Positions 56,236 through 64,000 of a DNA stretch of 64,000 nt are shown here, piece by piece. The translations under genes were made by a program, and so were the position numbers. A model generated the notes under the pieces. It ran no database searches. It had not been told where the DNA came from and worked only from the letters and a program-made list of their open reading frames with translations. The DNA lies in IMG/VR virus record IMGVR_UViG_3300048924_000100, positions 124,001 to 188,000 of that record; one strand, given 5' to 3'. Numbering within the stretch: the first letter of the stretch is position 1; each line of letters begins with the position of its first letter.

Positions 56236-56807
56236 AGTCCCCCAATGCGGTACGGGTCCAAGGAAACGACCCGTCCACAACGAATATGGGGGCGTTTATC
56301 GTAGATGTCAATATCGCCGAGCCTGCCCCTTTTAAACTGGTGTATGCGAACACGATCTATGGTGACAAAGTCATCTACGATATTCCCACGCAATACGACG
56401 ACACGTCTGGTACGAGTGTCTTGGCCCGCAGCTATGGATTGGCACGTGCTAACAATACCCTGATCGACATCTTCCAACCAGACACGGGTATCTGTGAAGA
56501 TAACTTCCTGGGGATGTCGGCATTGACCTTCAAGCAGTTGATTCAGTTTGTAGGTCTGTTAACCGGCGGCTATATTGAACGCGGTATCCATGTCAGCATG
56601 GTACTTCCCAATCTGGCCAAAGGTGCTGTGGGTGCTAACTTCAAGGGCACTCAAAAGGAAGACGTGCGCAAAGGGTTGTTGGAATTCCCTTTGCTGGACT
56701 GGAATGGCATTGACCTCACGTTAGCGGATGAGCACACCATCGATGCTGGTGCTGTTACCATCTACCGTGCGATCCAGATTGCCAAGAACTTTGGGGTATG
56801 GAAATGA
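56220..56807 (+). CDS. Hypothetical, probable virion protein (195 aa)
   Basis: AAGGA RBS; overlaps its neighbours. Confidence 0.7.
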   Translation: MPEDVKSPNAVRVQGNDPSTTNMGAFIVDVNIAEPAPFKLVYANTIYGDKVIYDIPTQYDDTSGTSVLARSYGLARANNTLIDIFQPDTGICEDNFLGMSALTFKQLIQFVGLLTGGYIERGIHVSMVLPNLAKGAVGANFKGTQKEDVRKGLLEFPLLDWNGIDLTLADEHTIDAGAVTIYRAIQIAKNFGVWK

Positions 56808-57532
56808 CCACCAGCGATACTGCTGTACCAGAGGAAGGTGCACAGGTGGAGCCCGCACCTTCCTTTGAGGAAAGAATAGAGCAGCGACTCACCAACATGG
56901 ACCAGCGAGTTACCCAGCTGGTTTGTGAACTTATCAGCCGTGTTGACGCTACCAGTGGTCGTAATCGTGCTTCTGTGACCAAGACGGTAACTGAAGAGAC
57001 GCAGCCAGGGCCTCTGGAAGAGTACACAGGGTCTCAGGATGAGTCAGGTGCAATGACATCAGTCCTGGACAACCAAGACCCCTCTGCGATCCTTGCAGAC
57101 GCTCAGTCGTCCACTGTGGTAAAGAAGGTTACTCGTACAGTCACTCCTGTAGGGATTGAACGTGAAGTCTTTGGTATGTGGTCGGTTATGCTGCGCAACG
57201 CTGGCGGTATTCTCGCTGCAACCACCACCTGCATCATTGCTATTGTAAACGCCTACACCACTTACATGTCGGTAACCAGCGGACACGGATGGCCTTCCGA
57301 GACCACTATGTTCATTGCCAACATCGGCCCTATTGTGGTGGCGTGGACGTTTATGAACTCCAGTAAGACTATCTCTACCATCATGCAAGTGCGTGGTGTA
57401 CAAGACCGTCTGAAGAACGCCATGTCAGGGTTCCTCTCGAACCAGGATAACAACCGCCGGTCTACTGATGTTGACAGACCGGATACACCGCCTCCTGCTC
57501 CACCGCCTGGACCTGTACCACCGCAATACTGA
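56798..57532 (+). CDS. Two-TM membrane protein, holin/antiholin candidate (244 aa)
   Basis: Hydrophobic segments AGGILAATTTCIIAIVNAY and TTMFIANIGPIVVAWTFM; convergent with the spanin pair. The holin function is inference. Confidence 0.45.
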   Translation: MEMTTSDTAVPEEGAQVEPAPSFEERIEQRLTNMDQRVTQLVCELISRVDATSGRNRASVTKTVTEETQPGPLEEYTGSQDESGAMTSVLDNQDPSAILADAQSSTVVKKVTRTVTPVGIEREVFGMWSVMLRNAGGILAATTTCIIAIVNAYTTYMSVTSGHGWPSETTMFIANIGPIVVAWTFMNSSKTISTIMQVRGVQDRLKNAMSGFLSNQDNNRRSTDVDRPDTPPPAPPPGPVPPQY

Positions 57533-57536
57533 TAAA

Positions 57537-57581
57537 GCAACCATATACCTAACCAGGAGCCCGCAAAGGCTCCTGGTTAGG
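57537..57581. terminator. Bidirectional terminator; TATGGTTGC on the - strand
   Basis: CCTAACCAGGAGCC-CGCAAA-GGCTCCTGGTTAGG. Confidence 0.85.
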
Positions 57582-57583
57582 CT

Positions 57584-57635
57584 ATTACGCATTACATCCC
57601 ATTACTACCCATTACTTCCGTTGTTACTGCGTTAC
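57584..57635. repeat. Short imperfect (A/G)TTAC repeat array
   Basis: ATTAC at 57584, 57591, 57601 and 57611; GTTAC at 57623 and 57631. Confidence 0.6.
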
Positions 57636-58222
57636 TGCGGTGGTCTATCCGGGGGAGGCCCCTGAACAGGAGGTGGCGGGGACGGCATAATCGCTTTCTG
57701 AATAGCAACCTTTACCCCATCGGGTTTTAGGGAGTCACTCTTTTTCTCCAGTCCGGAGATAATAAAGTTGATATTAGAAACCAACTGTGCGATCGTTTGT
57801 TTGGCAGCCCAGTCATCCAGGTTTTGTTGATCCAACTTCTGTGTAGTAAGAATGAGTTGGGTCACTGTCATCTGGTAACAATACTTCTTGTCAGTTGCCT
57901 TCAGACAGTTATTGTCGTCCAGAAACGCTGCCAGGGGTACCGTCAGGCTAGTGGGTGGGTTCGGGGACACCTGTTGGAACCGGGGTAACACTGCCGTTAA
58001 GTCCGTCCTGGTTCTTTCCAGCTGCATTCGGTAACTGTCGATCTCTACTTGTATTGCCTGAGCCTGTAGATACGTCGACGCTTCGTTTACCGTTGTCTGG
58101 TGGGAGCACCCCAACATTAATAATAGTGGAACCAGGAGCAGCACTCTGATAACCAGCTCCAGGGGCGTCCATTTGCGTAGGGTCCAACCCATACCGTTGA
58201 AGCATTTTAACGTAAACATCAT
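57632..58222 (-). CDS. Outer-membrane spanin (o-spanin, Rz1-like lipoprotein)
   Basis: Basic n-region, hydrophobic LVIRVLLLVPLLLMLG and lipobox Cys (LGC-S); 5' part overlaps the i-spanin gene. Start 58222 (AAGGTG RBS) or 58192. Confidence 0.65.
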   Translation of the reverse strand: MMFTLKCFNGMGWTLRKWTPLELVIRVLLLVPLLLMLGCSHQTTVNEASTYLQAQAIQVEIDSYRMQLERTRTDLTAVLPRFQQVSPNPPTSLTVPLAAFLDDNNCLKATDKKYCYQMTVTQLILTTQKLDQQNLDDWAAKQTIAQLVSNINFIISGLEKKSDSLKPDGVKVAIQKAIMPSPPPPVQGPPPDRPPQ

Positions 58223-58496
58223 CACGTTCACCTTTTTGCAATTCAAGCGTTCGGCTTAGGGTATCCCTGAGCTGAGCCGACTCGTTAGCCTGCCGTTCAA
58301 AATTGTCAGCGGCACTCTTAAGCTGCTTACTGACTTCCTGGAGAGTGGAAAGCGACTTCTCGTCGAGGTTGCTGGAAGTCTGGCGAGGGAAAGCCCAGCT
58401 ACCCGCAATAAGGACGACAATGATCAGCATGAATAATGCACTGACGATACTTCGTAGCTTATCCGTGAAGAACATATCTTTGATCTCCGCACCCAT
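57948..58496 (-). CDS. Inner-membrane spanin (i-spanin, Rz-like)
   Basis: GAGGA RBS; single N-terminal TM (IVSALFMLIIVVLIAGSWAF) followed by a coiled coil; 3' end overlaps the lipoprotein gene in another frame. Confidence 0.65.
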   Translation of the reverse strand: MGAEIKDMFFTDKLRSIVSALFMLIIVVLIAGSWAFPRQTSSNLDEKSLSTLQEVSKQLKSAADNFERQANESAQLRDTLSRTLELQKGERDDVYVKMLQRYGLDPTQMDAPGAGYQSAAPGSTIINVGVLPPDNGKRSVDVSTGSGNTSRDRQLPNAAGKNQDGLNGSVTPVPTGVPEPTH

Positions 58497-58501
58497 GTGG
58501 T

Positions 58502-59740
58502 TTAGTCCTCTTGAATCAGACCACGTATATAAAGAAGATACCCTGTGTGTAGAGCACTTGGCTTAAACCGGTTGGTATACCCGTGGAAGACACTACCTTC
58601 ATTGTAGGGACCGGTCGTTTCGTTGAGGTACTTCCGTTGTGTTCCGATGTCTATGTCGAGCAACCTCCTGTTGATGATCTTGCGAGTCCAGTACTTAGGG
58701 AAGAGCCCACCGCCGGTAAGGAAAGGAAGCGGACGGGTTTCTTCTGTGTGGTACGTGAATGGATACTGGTAGACTACCAGCGGTTTAATCTCTGTATAGA
58801 GATGTGGGTTGTCCAACACAATCAAGAAGCTTGAAGGGTCGGTCAGAAGTTTCGTGAAGAAGTCATCAGTGCTGAAGAAGTCGTCTGGAACCACTTGACG
58901 TTCTTGGGCGATAATAGACGACAGGTCGATGTAGTCCTTGGAATCGAAGATCCGAGAGAACCAGTCCACCATCTCCGTATTAACAACCAAGGAGTCCTCA
59001 CCACGAGCTTGCAGGATGTCGTTTAAGTACAGACGACCCCCAATGGAAGCCCACACCGTCTTACCTACCAGAGACACCGGAGAGGTGATGTGCAGGAAAC
59101 GGAAACGGTCGTGTGTTTCCAGTTGCAGCATGTCAGCGGTAATCGGGTAGCACTTCAACTTGGAGACGGTGTTGAAGTTCAGGTTGTTGACGTGGATGTT
59201 GTCATTGACCCGGAAGTGTTTACCGGCACCTAACAAGTACACACACTCAGTGCCTTCAACAGCACGCACCAGATGGTTGTTCACCACCCACAGCGAGCTA
59301 TCCACCAGCTTGTCGTATTCAACCGCCGAACCATCGGTCTTGGTAACCCGAATGTCGTTGGCGTTATGAACAGTCAATAGATCCTGGTGGTCATCACCGC
59401 GGGTAACATCACCGGGCTTCAGGGAGAACCATTGGTACTGGATGTCATGCGACGTCACATAACGGTATTCACCGCCAGGCAGTGTGTTCGAGGTGATCAG
59501 TGGGACACTAGCGTTAGCGGTCAACCAATCCTGAATCACCCCAGTAAAAGAAGTGAGCTGATTCTGATAGTAAGAAGCATCCAGTGCCACGTCCTGAAAG
59601 GCCAACTCATCAGTAATCACAATGATCAGATTATCAAACTTAGTGAAGAGGTCCTTAGTTTGAATAGTGCTGATGTCTAAAAGTTCTTCTCCTCTGGGAT
59701 TCAGTCGGCTGATCCCGACCGCCCTTTTATACGTATACAT
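58502..59740 (-). CDS. Conserved virion structural protein (412 aa, phiKZ gp139-like)
   Basis: AAGGAG RBS; N-terminus MYTYKRAVG; position. Confidence 0.6.
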   Translation of the reverse strand: MYTYKRAVGISRLNPRGEELLDISTIQTKDLFTKFDNLIIVITDELAFQDVALDASYYQNQLTSFTGVIQDWLTANASVPLITSNTLPGGEYRYVTSHDIQYQWFSLKPGDVTRGDDHQDLLTVHNANDIRVTKTDGSAVEYDKLVDSSLWVVNNHLVRAVEGTECVYLLGAGKHFRVNDNIHVNNLNFNTVSKLKCYPITADMLQLETHDRFRFLHITSPVSLVGKTVWASIGGRLYLNDILQARGEDSLVVNTEMVDWFSRIFDSKDYIDLSSIIAQERQVVPDDFFSTDDFFTKLLTDPSSFLIVLDNPHLYTEIKPLVVYQYPFTYHTEETRPLPFLTGGGLFPKYWTRKIINRRLLDIDIGTQRKYLNETTGPYNEGSVFHGYTNRFKPSALHTGYLLYIRGLIQED

Positions 59741-59775
59741 TGGGCTAGACTCCTTGCGATTCTATGAAAAAACTA

Positions 59776-59799
59776 GCCTCTACAGGCTACTGTAGAGGC
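59776..59799. other. Strong hairpin in a divergent intergenic region
   Basis: GCCTCTACAG-GCTA-CTGTAGAGGC, flanked by TATG motifs at 59763 and 59810. Confidence 0.6.
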
Positions 59800-59859
59800 C
59801 GGTATCACTATGTGGGGCAGGTCATAAGATGCCCTTTTATTGCACCTTGGAGCTCTGAA

Positions 59860-60642
59860 ATGGCCAACATTGTTTACCAATGGAACCCCTTCCAACAAAA
59901 CATCAACAACCGCATTACGGATGAGACCATCAAGACCGCCGACTTCGCGACCGGTCGGGTGGAGTTCGTTCCCCGTGCAGCTCCTTTCTTCAGCCGTAAC
60001 TTCGAACTCTACCGTCAGGGCAGTGTTGATCCTCTGATCCTGGGCTACGACTACTGCTTCGCCCACGCCTTCGACAGGTTCATTGGCGGCTACCTTACAG
60101 TGGACGGCGCTGCGGTACCGGGCTACAACCGTAACGCCTTCGGTTCTATCATCATGCTGCGTCCTATGGCCGGTGATGTGCTGCTTCCGAAGTATGACAC
60201 CATTGGCGGTCCTTTCACGCTGGATGAAGTGGCGTTCGCTGAGCTGGTAGCCAACATCGTTAACTCCCCTCGTGTGTCTGACTGGGCGGATCTCGATCCA
60301 GCTACTATCCCTGTGGACTTCCCGGCTGATCCTCATGATCACCCTGCTGGCCAGACCTACGACTACTACGAGATGATGACTCAGTTGAAGAGTCTTATCC
60401 TGTCGGTTACTGACAACAGCCAAAGCGTTACGCTGAAGTCGCTGTTGGAAGAACACATCTCGTTGCCACTGATCGAAGCTCACTTGGCACAGAAGTCTGA
60501 CATCGGTCTTCCGTTGACCCCGAACATGGCCCCTGCTGAGAAAGATGACCTTTCCGGCAACAGTGCCAACCTCATCGTTACTGTGGATGTCTTGAAAGAA
60601 GCGTTCCGTCAGCTGGCTCAAGGCACCCTGAACCTCAACTAA
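59860..60642 (+). CDS. Tail/baseplate-associated protein (260 aa)
   Basis: Start moved to ATG 59860 (GGAG RBS); FPADPHDH motif; paralogous to the N-terminal module of the next gene. Confidence 0.65.
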   Translation: MANIVYQWNPFQQNINNRITDETIKTADFATGRVEFVPRAAPFFSRNFELYRQGSVDPLILGYDYCFAHAFDRFIGGYLTVDGAAVPGYNRNAFGSIIMLRPMAGDVLLPKYDTIGGPFTLDEVAFAELVANIVNSPRVSDWADLDPATIPVDFPADPHDHPAGQTYDYYEMMTQLKSLILSVTDNSQSVTLKSLLEEHISLPLIEAHLAQKSDIGLPLTPNMAPAEKDDLSGNSANLIVTVDVLKEAFRQLAQGTLNLN

Positions 60643-60652
60643 GGAACTGGAT

Positions 60653-63600
60653 ATGCATTTCCCTATTGTCCGTGAATATCAAGAGGACCTTGAAGGGCTT
60701 AATCCGGAAAACAAAATTACGGACGAGCCTAAATCCACGCCCGCCGGTATCTGGACGCGGATCATTGTTCCTGAACATGCACCCTTCTTCACCAAGTCGC
60801 TGACGGTTAAAGCATCCAACGGTCAACCCCTTGACCTGGGTGTGCATTACCAGATCTTTAGCATCATGCCACGCCTCACTGATCTGGCCGGTCAACCGGT
60901 AGCCTGCTTCATCGAGCTGTTGGACCCGGACCTCACCGACGTGCTGCTTGATTATCATGTCGTGGGGGAATACTCGTTAATTGACAACCGCATGCTGCAA
61001 ATGATCTTCTCGGCTGTCAATGACGATCGTCCAGTGTTCTGGGAGAACCTGAAAGACAAGCCTGTGGTCTTCCCGCCACACCTGCACAGTCACAGCCTGA
61101 TCCGTACGGTTATCTGCTGGCAGGACACGCTGGACGTCATGGACCTCTACCTGGCCATGAAGGCGGCTAACGGTCGGGAACCCACCCAGATCCGTATCGA
61201 CCACTTCTACGACCTGCTGACGAACTACATCCACGTCTACAGCGACATGTTGACCGAGTTCTTGACCCGCCATATGCGGACCAACAATGAACACGGTTTG
61301 ACTGCTGCTCAGGTGAACCTGGAAAAGGTCGACAACTTCGAAACCGCTAACAGCGGTAACGTGTTGCAGGCACGGTCTGACCAACATCTGACCCCACAAG
61401 GGTTGGAAACCATTATCGAGACCTTTGGTTTCGACAGCTCGCAATACCTGAAGACTGGTCTGTTGCCTATCTCGCGATTCGGTAACACCAACTTCATTCC
61501 TGCCAACATCGACGGTTCGTTCGAAGGTTTCGGTGGGTTCAGTGAAGCAGCCGCAATCACGTTGGAGTCTGATGGTTCGCTGGCCTATCTGTGGAACCGT
61601 TTCGACGGACGCACGACTGGCCTGTACTACTCAGTGCTGACTGACTCCGATGACCAGGCTAACGGTAAGTTGCTGTACACTGGCTACAAGTACGTTCACC
61701 CTCGTATCGCAATTGACGGTGCTAACGTTAACTTGATTGCACAGGGTAGCGGTGAGGAAGTTATCCTGGTTGGCGACAAGGCACGTGAACTCTATTACAT
61801 CGGTGTAACCAACGGTTCGCTGGATCCAGCGAAACACGTGTACTCGCCGATTGATTTGAGACCGCTGGTTAACGCTATCTTCACCAACCCTGGTGCTCAC
61901 GGTGTTAGTGATGTATTCGATTGGGTTAGTGTCGCTCTGATCGGGCAGTGGATCTACATTTTCCATAGCGCGTCAACAGGCGTACCGGCAGCGACCCCGT
62001 TCCTTGAGCAGGACATGCGCTTCAAGTTCTTCTACCGGGTTCCGCTGGCCAGTGTTAAGGCACAGGTTGCTGTAACGGCGACTCGACAGAACATTACGTT
62101 TCAGGATGCCGAGGGTGTTCAGTGGAATAACTCCCCTTACCACCGCTGGTGTGACAAGCTTGTAGACGGCAATGGTTTTGTGACCAAGTGCCTTTTCCCG
62201 TTTGTCCAACCCTGCAACAACATGATCGGGTTCTACCGTTCTGCGTTGACTCTGGTGGCGGAGAACCCAGCTGTACCTGGGCAGTTCGCGATGAAGTTCC
62301 TGACCGCGTTCTATGGAGCTTTAACAGGACCAACCCTCAACACGCAGTTCAGTTACGTGCCGGAGTTGAATTATAACTTCGATCCAAACACTGGGGTCTT
62401 GTCGCTGACCAGTAAGACTGCGGTCTTCCCTGTTGATTTCTCGCTGCCGGATCCTGCTGTCGCACACAAGCAGAATTACGCGATATACCTCATGGCGTTC
62501 TACTACTCCGGGCAGGGCGCTAACGTTTTGGCCGATGGACGGGTAGCGGGGTCTGGTTCTCCTGGGTTCGCTGGCTTCCCACGTGCAGCAATCGTGGCTA
62601 CAATCCCGGGTTCCCATACTCGGTATACAACCATCTCGAGACTGTTCGGGTTGGGCGACAACTTCACACAGAAGTCATGGAACGAGGTGCTCACAAGTCC
62701 GTTGGCATCGTCGATTAGTCCACGTGGTCATGTCTATACGCCAACAGGTGAGTTCTTTATTGCCGGTGGTAAGACTCAGCAGATCAACTCTAAGCTGTTC
62801 TTCAAGACCATTGCTGGGCGATTTGCGGTAAGGCCTGAAGTAACCAACCTCAACGTTGGTACGGTGGTGTCGCGTCCACTAACTGGGGATATTCGGCCAG
62901 TGAACGCATTGCCGGGTATGGGCATGGCGACTGTGGTGTTTGACACAGCGTCCTTGTCAGCCTACGGCGTGGATGTGGGGGACGGTGCGTTCTGCATGAG
63001 TTCTCAGACCAAGCACTTCGACAGATCACTGGTTGGGACGGCTTGGCCAGCTAACACTGCTAACCCAAATGACGTACTGTTGGTGGCTAACCACAACAAC
63101 CGCATTGAACCAGACGGGTCGATAACCATCGTACCTACTCTCGAGATCCTCTACCCAGAGGCTATCGTCAATGTACTGCTTGCACAGATCCAGTTCCCGG
63201 GGATGGCAACGCGGTTCAAGTTCATTACGATCTGTGACCCGACCTACTCTGCAATGTCTGCTCGAGCTGGTTGGTTACCAGTCTGTGTGTCGATTCAGTA
63301 CGGCCCTCCAGGCGGTGCGGACGTCAACACGCTGTACACAACGTTCATGACCATCCAGCCAACCTACGCGGCTGTTAATGGACGGTATCAGGTTACCGGA
63401 TTCACGGTGCTTGACATTGTTCACAACATCGGTCAAGGGCAGGCTGTTTACACCACCCAGCGTATCTACGGGGCCGTTGATGACTATGAGTCCGTATCGT
63501 CGATGCACTGCCCAATGCGCTGCCGCTATTACCTGAGCGGTAACAACTTGCAAGTGTACATGGGTGCGGGGATCTTCTCGTATACGGCTGGCGATGCGTA

Positions 63601-64000
63601 CATGCAGGACTGGATCTTCTCCTACAACGATCGTAACACTCGGCGTTGGAGTTCGAACCTCAGGCAGGACACCAGTACTGGCTACCCAACGGTCTGCATT
63701 ACACCAGATAACGGGATCAGTCGTTCCTTTGGCTGGGCGGAGTCTACAGGTGCCGCGGCTACCATCCAGGCGGGTCCAGTTAACAACGCGGTAGTGGGTT
63801 CGGTTTATCCACAAACGGGTTGGGTGGTGTTCTTCAAAACTGATATCAACGTGATCTTCAATGGTCGGCCATTTGTACTGGCTGCAGGTTCCATTGACTT
63901 GCGTGATATCGACCCTGCTCCGCAAAACAAGACGTTCTACATTTATGCGTTCTTGAGAGACGGTGCTGCACAGTACGAGATCACCACGCTCAAGCGGTTG
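60653..64000 (+). CDS. Large tail fibre/baseplate protein (phiKZ gp145/gp146-like), partial, runs off the window
   Basis: Not in the ORF track because it has no stop in the window. AAGGA RBS; begins MHFPIVREYQEDLEGLNPENKITDE; frame spot-checked open at 61922, 62942 and the end (DGAAQYEITTLKRL), not codon by codon. Confidence 0.75.
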   Translation, partial: MHFPIVREYQEDLEGLNPENKITDEPKSTPAGIWTRIIVPEHAPFFTKSLTVKASNGQPLDLGVHYQIFSIMPRLTDLAGQPVACFIELLDPDLTDVLLDYHVVGEYSLIDNRMLQMIFSAVNDDRPVFWENLKDKPVVFPPHLHSHSLIRTVICWQDTLDVMDLYLAMKAANGREPTQIRIDHFYDLLTNYIHVYSDMLTEFLTRHMRTNNEHGLTAAQVNLEKVDNFETANSGNVLQARSDQHLTPQGLETIIETFGFDSSQYLKTGLLPISRFGNTNFIPANIDGSFEGFGGFSEAAAITLESDGSLAYLWNRFDGRTTGLYYSVLTDSDDQANGKLLYTGYKYVHPRIAIDGANVNLIAQGSGEEVILVGDKARELYYIGVTNGSLDPAKHVYSPIDLRPLVNAIFTNPGAHGVSDVFDWVSVALIGQWIYIFHSASTGVPAATPFLEQDMRFKFFYRVPLASVKAQVAVTATRQNITFQDAEGVQWNNSPYHRWCDKLVDGNGFVTKCLFPFVQPCNNMIGFYRSALTLVAENPAVPGQFAMKFLTAFYGALTGPTLNTQFSYVPELNYNFDPNTGVLSLTSKTAVFPVDFSLPDPAVAHKQNYAIYLMAFYYSGQGANVLADGRVAGSGSPGFAGFPRAAIVATIPGSHTRYTTISRLFGLGDNFTQKSWNEVLTSPLASSISPRGHVYTPTGEFFIAGGKTQQINSKLFFKTIAGRFAVRPEVTNLNVGTVVSRPLTGDIRPVNALPGMGMATVVFDTASLSAYGVDVGDGAFCMSSQTKHFDRSLVGTAWPANTANPNDVLLVANHNNRIEPDGSITIVPTLEILYPEAIVNVLLAQIQFPGMATRFKFITICDPTYSAMSARAGWLPVCVSIQYGPPGGADVNTLYTTFMTIQPTYAAVNGRYQVTGFTVLDIVHNIGQGQAVYTTQRIYGAVDDYESVSSMHCPMRCRYYLSGNNLQVYMGAGIFSYTAGDAYMQDWIFSYNDRNTRRWSSNLRQDTSTGYPTVCITPDNGISRSFGWAESTGAAATIQAGPVNNAVVGSVYPQTGWVVFFKTDINVIFNGRPFVLAAGSIDLRDIDPAPQNKTFYIYAFLRDGAAQYEITTLKRL

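Noticed and set aside
57480-57690. Possible inverted duplication giving the two Pro-rich C-termini flanking the terminator
   Set aside because: DNA similarity is limited to short CCG/CCT-rich and ACCACCGCA stretches, which Pro codon content explains.
23288-59859. Longer N-terminal extensions given by the ORF track (23288, 25153, 27617, 46789, 48216, 52100, 59764)
   Set aside because: They overlap upstream genes, terminators or promoters and lack RBSs. Downstream ATGs with clear RBSs or better operon fit were used instead.
1-64000. tRNA, rRNA, CRISPR array, transposase, integrase or group I/II intron
   Set aside because: No cloverleaf or T-loop motif, no regularly spaced repeats with spacers, and no interrupted core gene other than the intein were seen by eye. 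tRNAscan-SE and Infernal would be needed to exclude divergent RNAs.

Overview
A 64-kb slice of the conserved core of a phiKZ-related (nucleus-forming, Chimalliviridae-type) jumbo myophage genome. The host is probably a Pseudomonas-like gammaproteobacterium (inference only). Gene order follows phiKZ gp74 to about gp146: the 3' end of a non-virion RNAP subunit, an SF2 helicase interrupted by an intein, a virion RNAP beta'-like subunit, the exonuclease/motif-A half of a split family-B DNA polymerase, a large head/inner-body and baseplate cluster, DnaB helicase, major capsid protein, a non-virion RNAP beta-like subunit, portal, tail/baseplate genes, an overlapped spanin pair with a convergent 2-TM membrane protein, and a long tail-fibre-type gene that runs off the right end. 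phiKZ gp numbers were assigned from recalled gene order and motifs, not from a database search. No tRNA, rRNA, CRISPR array, transposase or integrase was seen. The most interesting signals are: (1) a likely programmed -1 frameshift (T TTT TTT at 8732-8738) fusing a chaperone-like ORF to a start-less downstream ORF, G/GT style; (2) a class-3 (Ala1, WCT) intein with a decayed homing endonuclease in the helicase Walker A; (3) a recurrent TATRGYYG motif directly 3' of terminator hairpins; (4) a stand-alone early-promoter cassette encoding a small glycine-zipper membrane protein; (5) Shine-Dalgarno-occluding hairpins in front of late virion genes.
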